Origin: Vicugna vicugna
Lineage: Eukaryota
Direction: 5' to 3'
Length of the DNA stretch: 64,000 nt
Assembly: GCA_013265495.1 (NCBI GenBank)
Contig: MU058287.1
Coordinates: 186,001 to 250,000, forward strand
Made by a program: the position numbers and the translations under genes. Shown piece after piece: positions 13,531 through 25,870 of the stretch. The notes beneath the pieces were generated by a model. The model had not been told where the DNA came from, ran no database searches, and was given only the letters and a program-made list of their open reading frames with translations. Position 1 is the first letter of the stretch. Each line of letters begins with the position of its first letter.

Positions 13531-15450
13531 CCATGGACAGGAGATATAGTTATTATGCTGTCTATTTTACGGTTGGAGAAACACAGGCATAAAGAGGTTT
13601 AATGACCAATTCCAAGTCATATAACTAATAAACAACAGAACCTGGATTCAAACGCAAGTTCACCTAACTACAGTTCTCATCTGTTTTTTGGCTTCTCTTC
13701 AAGTGGAACCATCTTCAACTCTAATCAATGCCCACATCTACCTGCGGAAAGGCTGATAAGATAGTGATCACGACGACAATAAGAATTGTGCTGCCAATAA
13801 CTACACACCCTCTAAGTGTTCCCTGGTGCCCACCCCCCACTGGTGATCGCCCACCGAGCACACGCCATCTCAGCCAGCAGCAAGTTCACTGTTGGATACC
13901 ACTAGTTTTTTGAGTTCTCTCTGATCCTGAGCCAAGATCTACCTTCATGCAACTTCTGCCCACTGATCCTCCTTTATCCCTTTGTAACAGAAACAGAAGG
14001 AATCCTTTCTAGCTGCCAGGCTGGAGAGGAAGTGGGCAGGAGGAGGGCAGACTCTGTCTGGATTTCCGTAGTAGTTTCTTGCCCGTGTGCAAGCACCTGG
14101 TACGTCAAGCGTTCCCAAGGAGGCAATTTACAAGGCAGTGGACCTGCCGTGGGTGCTTTAGTGAGTAGTATTGTTGTTTCATCTTCCTTAATGGTGACAT
14201 TCTTATCCTTTGCCAGTCGATCAGTACTTCCTTGTTAAGGGAATTGGTCCTCCCCACTGACTTTGAGTGATCAGTTTTGTCTTTGCAAACTGCCTTCATA
14301 TGAAAGAAGTCTTCATACTCTGTTCACGTTCCTCTCCAACTTGAATGTGGTTAAGACTGATGAAGAGATGGGCAGTAAACCCTCTGAGTTCTTTGAAACC
14401 AGTGCCCAATACAAACCTGTTTAATTCTGTTCTTTTGTGGTCTCTGGCTTCAGCATTTGGCCTTCAAGAGCATTTTGGTCCAAGCTACACTGTGGTCTGT
14501 GTGGTCTCTACTGGTGGCAACCGGTTCCCAAGGATATTACCTATGTTTGAATCTTGTATGGCTCGTAACTTTCATCTAGATCCGATTTCTGTGGTCTGTT
14601 CCATATGAAGAAAGAGGGGGAAATGTCATAATAACAGCTAGTATTAGTATGTCCTGTGAGTCAAGAGCTCTTCTAAATCCCTACCTTGGATTGTTGCATC
14701 TAGTAGTTAATCCCATGTCCTGGGAAAACAAGGTAGGCCCTGTGCTAAGTGCTTCACATTCATTATTTCATCTCACCCTTAATTTCCGTTTCTCACCTCA
14801 TGGTATTCTAGCTTCCCCAGTGCCATGACTGATTAGATGCAATATTCTGTATAAAGTGCTTAGAATAGTACCTGGCATAGCTAACACTCAAGAAACGTTA
14901 GCTATTACAATGACCATATTTCTTTCTTAATGCTGACTAGACTCAGTATTTTGGGATCTAGACTCACAGTGAAGCAGGCATTTTTCTGGCTTACATCAAC
15001 ACACTATACTATAGTAGACAGGTTGGTACGGTAGAAATAGCAACATGCTCCAGGGCAAGAGGTCCGGGGTTGAGCGTTAGCTCTTTATTTAATAGACTGA
15101 AGACCCTAGCAAGTTCCTCCACTCCTGAGACCTCTGATTTCCTTGTCTACTCATGAGATGTGTGACCCCGATGATCTCCAGACCCCTTGCCCTCTGTGAA
15201 TCTCCTCTACATATTTCTTCGTCAAAATGTGAATTTTACCATTATGAGGGATCTGTTTCTACTGTCGCAGCCCAAACACCACGTTAAAGAGACCCAAAGC
15301 GCTAGAATGGAAGATGCTTCAGGAAATGCAGTAAGGAAGGTGAGAAGAGCCTTCTGTCTGCCCGCCAGCTCTCTCTCTGACCAGTAGGCAAAGCCATCAC
15401 TAACCAGTTGGTTTAGGAGTTTTCAGAGAAAATGCAGTATAAAATGCATT

Positions 15451-15698
15451 TTTTTATTTTAATTTTTGGAGGGGAAGGCAGTTAGGTTTATATATATTTA
15501 TTAAATGGAGGCACTGGGGATTGAACACAGGACCTCCGGCATACTAAGCACGCCTGCTACCACTGAGGTACACCGTCCTCCTCTACTAAGGTAATTAGGT
15601 TTGTTTGTTTGCTTGTTTTAATGGAGGTACTGGGGATTGACCTCAGGACGTCACTCATGATAAGCATGTACTTTACCACTTGAGCTATACCTTCCCCC
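15451..15698 (-). mobile_element. Two tandem tRNA-Ala-derived SINE units (camelid Vic-like) inside one TSD
   Basis: Two tRNA-like heads on the minus strand with A/B-box-like motifs, each followed by an 'aaaccta(a)..' tail; poly(T) from 15449; TSD taaaatgcatt at 15440-15450 and 15699-15709. Confidence 0.88.
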
Positions 15699-16486
15699 TA
15701 AAATGCATTATTGGTAGTATTGTTTTTGCTTGCTTTTTAAATCAGTTTCTCATGATTCTGCTGCATGGAGGTGGTGTGTTGTGGTATGTTGTTCTGGCCC
15801 AGGAATCAAGAGCTTTTGAGTCTTATTCCAACTCCAGCTCTGCCACTCTCTCGTTCTCAAGCAAGTGACATTTCCATTCCTTGGGCCTTAGCTGTTTCAA
15901 TTGTCAAAAAGGGATTGTTGACAATTTCTTCCAGTTCTAAAACTCTGCTACTAAGTTCTTTGTATGAGAACAATACTTAGATGAAATCCTATGGACAGAA
16001 AAGCATTTTGTCTCTCCTTTCTCTTTCCTTTGCCAATCATAATGAGACTTGGTGTGGAAAAAAAAAATCTGCTGTGAAAAGGTTCATTCAGCCTTTTCTT
16101 AATAGATCGAGTGGTTGGTATTTCTGCTGGCTTCTGAAATACATTACAAATCACAATCTGGAAAAAGTTCCAAAGCAGTTCCAAGCCTTCCTGCTGAATT
16201 TGGATACATCTTTAGGTCTTACTCTGCAGCTCATCCTTAACAACTGACAAAATATTTACTTTGCTCGGTACAGAAAAGGGTAACATTTTCCAAAATATTA
16301 AACTAGGTTGGATTCAGAACACAGACAATGAGGCAAAAAGTTGGAGCTCTGTTTGAAGCCATGTCGTTGAATCATTTTCCAGAGTGCCATGAGAAACAGA
16401 GCCCGGGTGGATGTTTGTGCTCCACGGTGATTCTGAAAAGGGCAGAAGCCAGCCAGCCGCATCTGGCATATTCACTGGTGTGTAGA

Positions 16487-16692
16487 CCAGAGCTTCTCAA
16501 AGTGTGGTCCCCGGACCAGCAACCTCTGCCTTGCTGGGGAACTAGTAACAGATGCGAACTCTCACAACCCATCCCAGAGCTACTGAATCAGAAGGTCCTC
16601 AGATGTGGCCCAGCCATCTGTGTTGTAGTTGAGGCCTCCCAGTAAACAAATCCAGGTGAATCTAATGTTAGGAAGAGTTTGAGAACCACAGG
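16487..16692. mobile_element. MER5A-like hAT MITE
   Basis: 'cagagcttctcaaagtgtggtccccggaccagca...ctactgaatcagaa...agtttgagaaccacag'. Confidence 0.8.
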
Positions 16693-16995
16693 TGGGCGCC
16701 CCAGAAGGCTATAGTGCTTGTTAGCTTTTAATTACAAGTGTGAAGCAATGATAAGACTACTCACTTAAGTTCTTATTAATAAATTACAGGGTTTCTTCCC
16801 AATGCAAATGAACTGGTATGTAAATTGGAAACCTGGACATACTGCTTTTTGAAAGACTCTCCACCCTTTACCCCCATCCCTCCTCCCTCCCCATCTTCCT
16901 CTACCCTCTCCCCAACTCTCACTTACATGTTCATGACGATCGTGTCTGAGTTATATTTGGCTATTATTTTGGACAGTAAAAATGCACTGCAATTT

Positions 16996-17192
16996 TTTAA
17001 AAAATTTTAATTGACATGTAGTTGACTTACAATATCAGTTTCAGGTATACAGCAAAGCAATTCAGTTATATTTATATATTTTTTTTCTTCAGATTCTTTT
17101 CCATTACATGTTATTACAAAAAGTTGAGTATAGTTCCCTGTGCTATACAGTAGGAACTTGTTTATCTGTTTTATATATAGTAATGTGTATCT
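16996..17192 (-). mobile_element. L1 3'UTR fragment
   Basis: 'gtagttgacttacaatat..agtttcaggtatacagc', 'atagttccctgtgctatacagtagg' is the reverse complement of the L1 3' end also seen at 2320-2470 and 45040-45240. Confidence 0.85.
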
Positions 17193-17195
17193 GGT

Positions 17196-17294
17196 GGGGT
17201 GGGGATATATCTCAGTGGTAGAGCACATGCTTAGCATGCACAAGGTCCTAGGTTCAATCCCCAGCACCTCCACTAAAGAAAAAAAGAAAAGAAA
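17196..17294 (+). mobile_element. tRNA-Ala(AGC)-derived SINE or tRNA retrocopy
   Basis: ggggatatatctcagtggtagagcacatgcttagcatgcacaaggtcctaggttcaatccccagcacctcca (17201-17272) followed by an A-rich tail; mismatches in predicted stems. Confidence 0.9.
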
Positions 17295-19670
17295 CAGATC
17301 CAAAAATGCACTGCAATTTGTTTTAATATACTTACATGTCGCTAGTGATTTTGATAAGAACTAACTGCACTTTTTAAAACCTCTCACTTGAGGTTTATCT
17401 CCTAGGATAAACAAGTGGATAAAAGTTGAATGACTACAATTTATAATTTTCTGTTCTACTCATTAGTCTTGTCGTTAACAAAATTACTATTTTTAATAAA
17501 TATATTGTGATTTCTTTTTAATTAAATTACAGGAAATTGCTCTAGTTGCCAGCTTTAGTTAAGAAATAGACTACAGTATTAATGGCCGTATTGTTTCTAT
17601 CTAAAACTGCAAATACTTTCCAGGGGAAATTAAGATAATGCTCACAAATGCCTCCTTCTGCCACCGCCTACTGTCTCCTGCCTGCCCCTCACCCACCCCC
17701 ACTCATGCGTGTCACCTGCCTGGCCGCTGCAGGCATCTGAGCTGTGACCTTTGTCCTGCGGTCTCATATTTGGCGATGTCATTCAGCCCCAGGGTCCTGC
17801 ATCTGTCGATCTGGAACGCTCACAAATCCATAACTGGAGTGTGATTTTGCTCCCAAGTTCCAGCCAGTATCTCCAACTGTTTCAATATCCTTTTAGCACC
17901 ATAAAGACCTAACAGACCACATTCAAACCAGAACATGTCATCTTTTACCAGAACCTGACTCTTCCTGACACCGCCTATTTCTTTGAATGAACCTCCCAAG
18001 CTCTATGCCCTCCACGACCCATCACAAGTTGAGGGCAGGAAACCAGGTGTAGGAGAATGTTCAGGGGTTTGGGGACTTCACAGATCCTGGTTCAAATCCA
18101 GGCTCTGCCACCTATTGGCCACTTGCCATTAGGCAACTCCTCAGATCTTCAGCTTCTTCATGTATAAACTGAAGGATTGTTTTGAGGAATCAAAAAGTAG
18201 AAGTATAAAAAACATGATTGTGTGCTTTATTGTCCAGACCAGAACACACTGAGAATGAAAGAGGCCACTAATTATTAATTATCCCATCATCAAAAAATAA
18301 AAAGAAAGAAAGGAAAGGAAAAAAGGCACAAACTCAGACTTTGCCAAGAAAAGCAAGACATGTGTTCATCCTGTATTATGTATTATTATGCGTTAGAGTA
18401 ACATAGTATGTCCTCAATGAACGTTAGTCCTTTGCCCTTCCTTCCTGCCATCCTGATGTTTGCCTGCAGTGTTTTCTGAATCTGCCCTTCATTTTCATTC
18501 TTCCTGCCCCCAAAGCTGTCCTCAGTTCCTGTCACTGGGAGGATAGTAATGCTCCCTCGATTGGCATCCCCCCCGCCCGCCACTGTATTCTGTGTACTGT
18601 TGCCGGATTAATCTCCTGCAACTGCATTTCTTAAAGCATTCTGCCCCTTGAATGACTTCCCACTGCCCTCTTAATAAAGGTAAAACTCCCCAGCATGGCA
18701 TTTAAGAGCTGTCCTGTTTGGGGGCCAATCTATTTTTTCAGACTTACCAGCACTGTCCTTTATCTATACCAGGTTCTTGGCAAACTTGATCATTTCCCCA
18801 ACTGCCCCATCTTCCCTTCTGCCTTTGCAAACGTGCTTCTCCCTGACTGTACAGCCTTCCTTCTTGTCTCCACTGTTGAAATCCACTTTGTCTTTCATGC
18901 TGAAGGTGAAAAGCCTTCCCCAGTCTGCCCAGTAAGAAGCTCTCCCTTCACCCCCTAAATTCTAATGGTGTCACATTCATATCTTAGAGTACTGGGTGCC
19001 CTCTGTTTTATATTGTAGTTAATCAGGTTTGTGTTTAGATATCCCACAAGAAGGGGGTTGGGAGGGGAGACAGCAAAAACATCTGGCCTCTTTGCCTTAG
19101 CTGATGGGCGTGTAAGAGGAATGCGGTAAATGCTGCTTGAATGAATAAGTGACTGAATGAAAGTCACGTTTGCCCCGCCGATAACTAAACCCTGCCATTG
19201 CCTCCTCAGTTAGCCAAAAGCTCCTAAAACTATATGGCAAAGATTCCCATCGATTTTACTTCTTTTAAGAACTAGGAGATTAAGACCATCAAGTCTATGA
19301 CAGTAAAGATTCTAAAATGACCCATAACTTTCCCCTGACTCTTCACACTGATATTATTAGCCTGATTTGCCCAAAAGGGGAAGATTATTTGATATTTAAA
19401 GAAAAAAACTGTTGGTGACAGAAGCAAATTTCACACATGCATATAATAAATGTCAGGTATCTGCTGATAACCCAGACATCAGAAAATACTTTATATCAGT
19501 CTCTGTCTCTCTCCAAACTCCAAAATGTGTGGGACAATTTTGTCTTGCTTTTTCCTTGTTCTGTCCCAATTTAAGAAGCAGATTCGTATATATCCTAAGG
19601 TAAGGCGGCTTTACTACCTCTTTTGGCGTATTTGTTTGTGTGACTTTTGTAGTCAATAAGAACATACAGA

Positions 19671-20527
<857 letters not shown>

Positions 20528-23500
20528 TTAAGTGAGCATCTGTGGTTAAAAGAATAAAAAGAATAAGTTTTACTAAAAAAAATTTTTTTTTGCTCAAAAT
20601 CTAAGAGAAAGTGACTTGTTTGTAGAGATCGTTTAAAATGGTGATAACAAAGGAACTTAGTCACAATTTTCTGACTTCTATTTTGATATTTATCCACTTG
20701 TTCAACTTACAAAAGTGCTCTGGTGTAGTGAAAAAAGTCACACCTGTGCAGGCTTACCTTAAAATGACAGCTCAGGATCCCATTCTCCATTACTTTTGAA
20801 TTTGAGATCATTTTCTTGGCATTAAATAAGTACTTGAATAATTCTGTCAACTGCTGTGAATATTTTTACAGAAGACTTTTATCTCAGTATGAGTTTTCAG
20901 AAATGAAAATACAGGCAGTTAACTTCCATTGAATTTGAAATGGTTAGGCTTCAGAATTCACCTAATTTTATGAAAATTATATAGAAACTACTTAACTTGG
21001 GTAACCATTAAAAAATTAATAGAATTACAGAGGGGCAGTTAATTCACGTTTCCTCTCAGGAAATTCTAGGATGTCGGGACAGGCCACCAAGCATCCTATT
21101 TCCAAAGATAACCTAATGCCCTAAAGAAAGATAATTAACTGTCTGAATTTCTGTCATTGAGTTAAGACTCTTGAACAAACATAATAGACTTCCCAAAGAT
21201 AGGAGGCTTGTCCCAGAAAGCAAGAATCTTTCCTGGAGCCATGGGTCAGTCAGCCAGCCTGTCAATAAATGCTGATTCAATGCCTGCTGTATAGTAGTCT
21301 CTGGGCTAGGTGCTGGGGTACAGCAGGGAGCCAGGTGTGGCCCCGCCACGTGGAGTGTGCTGTCCAGTGGAGAAGGAACCGTCACAGCAGTGCCAACGCC
21401 TCGGCCTCCTCCTCTTCCTTCACCCCCATCCGACTCCACTGGCGTCAGGAAGAGGGCTCTAGAAGGCAACACTGAGAGGTATCTTTTCAGTGTTCTCCTT
21501 CCTGGGACCTGGAGATTACTAAATTCTTTAATCTAAGAGATTATAAAGTTGAAAAAAAAAACAAAGGCAAAAAATAAGCCAAGTTTTAGGGCCTAAAATA
21601 CGTGCATAATGATGCAACAGTCAGATCCTCCAATTACAGGCCAAAAGAGCTGTGATATTTTGGGTTAAAATCTCTTTCTACTGGAGCATCCTTGTGGATA
21701 TTTGGGGTTCTTTTAGCAGAGTTTCTTAGATGCAGGAAATACTCAGCTGCCGTAAGTGATTGAATCGGAGAGGACCTGGGACAGGGTTGTGGCAGTTTAC
21801 TATAAGGATACACATTTATAGGCCCCCGGGCAAGCCAGGGGGAGCTGGGGCCCAGGAGAGCAGGAGGGCAGGGGTCTTGAGCCAGTGGTCTGCGTTCATG
21901 GGACTCAGCCATTTTCCCAGGGCCTCGCTGTTGGATATTTATTATCTAGCGTCCTTAACCGTCACTAGTTCTATTTTTTCCTCTTCTTTTATGATTTTCA
22001 AACACTTTTAAATAGTGAAAATGTTTCTTCAAACAATACTTTATGTTTAAATCTGATAGGAGTGGAAATGGTCTGAATAAAGTGGGTGCAGGCTTGGCTC
22101 CTCCCACAAAGTTCCCCCCTGAGTCTGCCCTGCATTACCTCCACAGAACCCCAGTGACTCCTTGGGATGTGCTTTGAAAACCTCTGCTCTCCTCTTACCT
22201 TTGCTTTCTCATAGTTTACTTTTCCCTGTCACCTGATATAACCACTTTAGGCTCCCAAGAGAAAAATCTAATGGGCTCCATTGTGTCTTCCTGCACAAGG
22301 CCTATTTACAGCCTGGACTATTCTTGAATGAAGGGGTCACCCTTGAGCTAATCAGTGGTGTCCAAGGCAGGGGTGGGGTTAAGTGGTGCAGAATGTGGCC
22401 ACATGGGGCTGTCCCTTCAACTGTGGCTGGATGAGACGGTGGCCCTCGGCAGGGACCGTGACTGCTAAGTCTAGTGCATGCTGGAGGTGGAGCAAGTGTC
22501 CTGGCACCCAAATCAGAAGAGTATATGAAGCTGGAAGAGTCAAACAGCCACAGGCCACCAGGAAGAAGACAAGAGCTGAGGACAGTAAGGAGAGTCTGGG
22601 CAGCCATTATGGGGATCTGAACCTCCTTACCTTACACGAGTGAGAGGGACTCAGAGCGCTCTGGACTCATGGCTGTTGGAAGGTCAAAGCCAGTGAAGTA
22701 ACAGTGCTTGGTGTGAGTGCGGGTCAGATTGGTGGGTGTGGTCTGGGGAGCAGGGAAGACACTGATGATGCTCATCTGCCTCTGTGTACTTGTGGGGCTA
22801 GCTCTATCTATTTTCAAGAGGTCAAGTGTGAAACACCAGCCAACTCATTCTCAATTGAAGAGTTCCACTCTTATTCTCAGGGAAAGGCAAAAAGTTGCTG
22901 TTGTGGCCACATGAGACATTACTTTGAAGGATGCCTGGCCGAGATCTTTTTGGCAGTGTTGGATCCCACCAACACTGTGGTGGAAACCCAGATGGGAGGA
23001 ACGGTGATCTTCCCTGCTAGAGGAAGCTGAACACGGCCCTACACGAGCCCTGCTCCTCCAGCGGAGGGAAGCCTGACTCCAGGGGTGCCCCTGGACTTGG
23101 CCGTGAGGCACTATGAAGGAAGCTGCTCTGTTTCCTGTAATTTGAACAAAGTACTTAAAACCTGTTTGTACTTACTATTCGCATTTGAAGACGTTTGCCT
23201 CCAAAACGAAGTAAGTCTGAAGAGGCTTACATTATGACTCTGGCACCAGCACCAGCTTGTGTTCGTGACTGGGCTCCACTTACCTAGCCTCTTAGTTTCT
23301 CTTTCCATGAGAGGACCATTCCTTAGCTCGTATTTCCCAAGTTGGGAATCCCAACAAAGACTTCCCACAACCTACTGTCAGTTCTCTTTCACCTTCTCTG
23401 GGGTTCTATCCCAAACAGACACGGGTTGCTCATTGGGCATTGGAAAAAAGATATTTTATCGTGTAATATACATTTCACATTTGCAAGTTAATGCTTTAAA

Positions 23501-24211
23501 ATCCACAGGAGCACATGAATGAGTGTCAGTATGACAACTCCTGCCTTAGCGGGAGACTGCTGTGATGTCACTGGTGGTGTGTCGCCCATGGGTTGGCCAC
23601 CATGGCCCTGCCAACTTGTCATTCTTATTTCAGCAGATAACACCGTCTCTGCAAACCACCTTTTGCAGAAAGTGATCAGGCCAATGCCATTTAATTGGGG
23701 TTTTTTTCTTATCCTTTTGTAATAATTTAATTGTCTGGATGCTGTGTTTAGACTCCCAGAAAAATGATTTTTGACTACAGTCAAGGAACTCTCTGCTGGT
23801 TTATACAGCACTATTTCATACGCAGCCTGCCCCAGTCACAAGGCCTCGTTCAGAGGTAGAAAATGACATTACTTCAGACTCTATAGGAAATTTCATGACC
23901 TTAGTGTCTATTTTATTTAAAGGTAATTAAAAATGTGGTTCCAAGCTCACATAACTTCTCTTAACTTACTATTTGCTGGAGTTCCCATCCCAACATCCTT
24001 CCTTCCTTCCTTTCACTCTCAGACTAGGAGATCTGGAAGTCTAAACTGTCAACCTGATTATGTCACTTCCAGGTTTAAAATCCTTTAAAGGATCCCTAAT
24101 GTCCATAGCATTTTCCCAATGGGTAGTACAGATATTCCTAAAGATACGTGAAATTATTTTAGGGGCATACAGGTGAATGTTTTTACTACTTAACATATTT
24201 ATTTTACTGCT

Positions 24212-24592
24212 TGTTAGGGAGAATCTAGATATGTATGTTTAAAGCTAAACTGAGGCATATTAAAATTTTTAAGAGTTTATTTGAGGAAAAAAATCCATTT
24301 GGATTGGGCAGCACTAAACCAGAAGTAGTTAGAAGCACTCCACAGATGGGAGCTAGGGGCAAGACCTTTACAGAGGAGACACGGAAGCACAGCGAGGGGT
24401 TATTTGATTGGCTGTAGCTTAAGCAGTTGCCTTATCCGGGAAGGCCCAGCTGGCTGTTTGTGATCTGTTATCCTCAGTTCAATTTCTTAACCTTGAGGCA
24501 TTTACAGGCATAGGTTTTGGTCTTCTTCCATAGGCTTTCAAGGCATTAGAGCCCCCTCTGACCAAAAGCTTCCTTGTTTAATTAATTTAACA
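24212..24592. mobile_element. Probable ERV solo LTR, apparently inserted in a decayed DNA-transposon-like sequence
   Basis: tgtta...taaca inverted ends, ~380 bp, internal 'ttatttgattggctgtagc' (CCAAT on the minus strand). TSD not clear. Confidence 0.6.
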
Positions 24593-25563
24593 TCTATGAA
24601 AGTAAAACTGTGATATATAATATATTACATCGAAATTATTGTATATTAAGAATGCATTGTACGTTAACAAGAATTGCATACTATCATATTGTAATTGTAT
24701 TTTAATAATAATATGTGTATTTCAGACCATTGTTATTACTGCTTAATGTGAAAAGAAAAGTCAGTCAATCCAGAATCCATTTTTAAAATACTAAGAAAAT
24801 AGTAGTCCAGGCTGTTAGATATGGCAGATTTTATAAAGATGGTGGGGATATACTGGAATTTGAGGAATGTTGGCCAACAGGAGAGAGTTCGACTCCCCAA
24901 CATGTCTCCAGCTTTATATCTTGCCACCCCTTCATTTCAGCCACTCAGAACTATTTGCCACTCCTTAAATACGTAATAAACTTGCCTTCTTGGGTTCTAG
25001 TATTGCATGACCTTGGGAAAGTCATTCAAACTCTTTGGGCCTGACTTTCCTCACCTAAAAAAGGAATTTAAATAAAATGGCCTGCACCCAACAGAGATTT
25101 TTTTTTTGTAAGAAACTTCCTGGACATGACAGTACTTTGTAAACTATAATAAATTATACAGATGTAAGACATTATAATATTTCATCTTCATATCTCTCAC
25201 AGTGCATAGCAAGTTTTCATTGAATATGTCTTGGGGAGTAAATGAATGACTACAATGGATGCTCAAATTTGAATGGCATTTATTTAGTTAAACAAGAGTA
25301 TTCATAGAATGGCAGGGCCTTTTACCTTCAAGGAGTCAATCTAGTGGAGGAGACTAACACCTAAAGAGGTGATCACATTATAAGGTTTCATGTTACTATA
25401 TTTTATAGTATGTGTATGTATTATAGTATGGTATATGATGAGGAGCAGTAATTCAACTAGGCAAACTTCCCAGAAGAGGTGATGCTGAGGTGACTCTTAT
25501 AGGATGAAGAGTTGCATCGTGATGGACAAAGTGGAAAAAGGAGTTTGGGCATAGCTGTGGACC

Positions 25564-25870
25564 AGCACTGCCCAGTAGAAACATCACGCAAGCCACAGAT
25601 GCAAACCAGCTTAAACAAAAGTACCAAGAAGCAGGTGAAATCAATTATAATGATATATCTTATTTAATTCAACGAGTCTAAGTATTGTCATTTAGCAGAT
25701 AACCAATATTTTTAAATTATTGATAAGATACTTTGCATTCTTTATTTTGTACCAAGTCTCCAAAGTCTGGTGTGTGCTTCACAGTTAAAGCACAGGTCAG
25801 CTGGAACTCACCACATTCCAGGTGCTCAATAGCCACATGTGTCTAGTGGCTGCTGTATTTGGCAGCACAA
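25564..25870. mobile_element. MER33/MER3-like hAT element
   Basis: 'cagcactgcccagtagaaac...ccacattccaggtgctcaatagccacatgtgtctagtggctgctgtatttggcagcaca'. Confidence 0.8.

Noticed and set aside
17201..17272. Functional tRNA-Ala gene
   Set aside because: Stem mismatches, an A-rich tail rather than a T-run terminator, and related copies nearby indicate a SINE or retrocopy.
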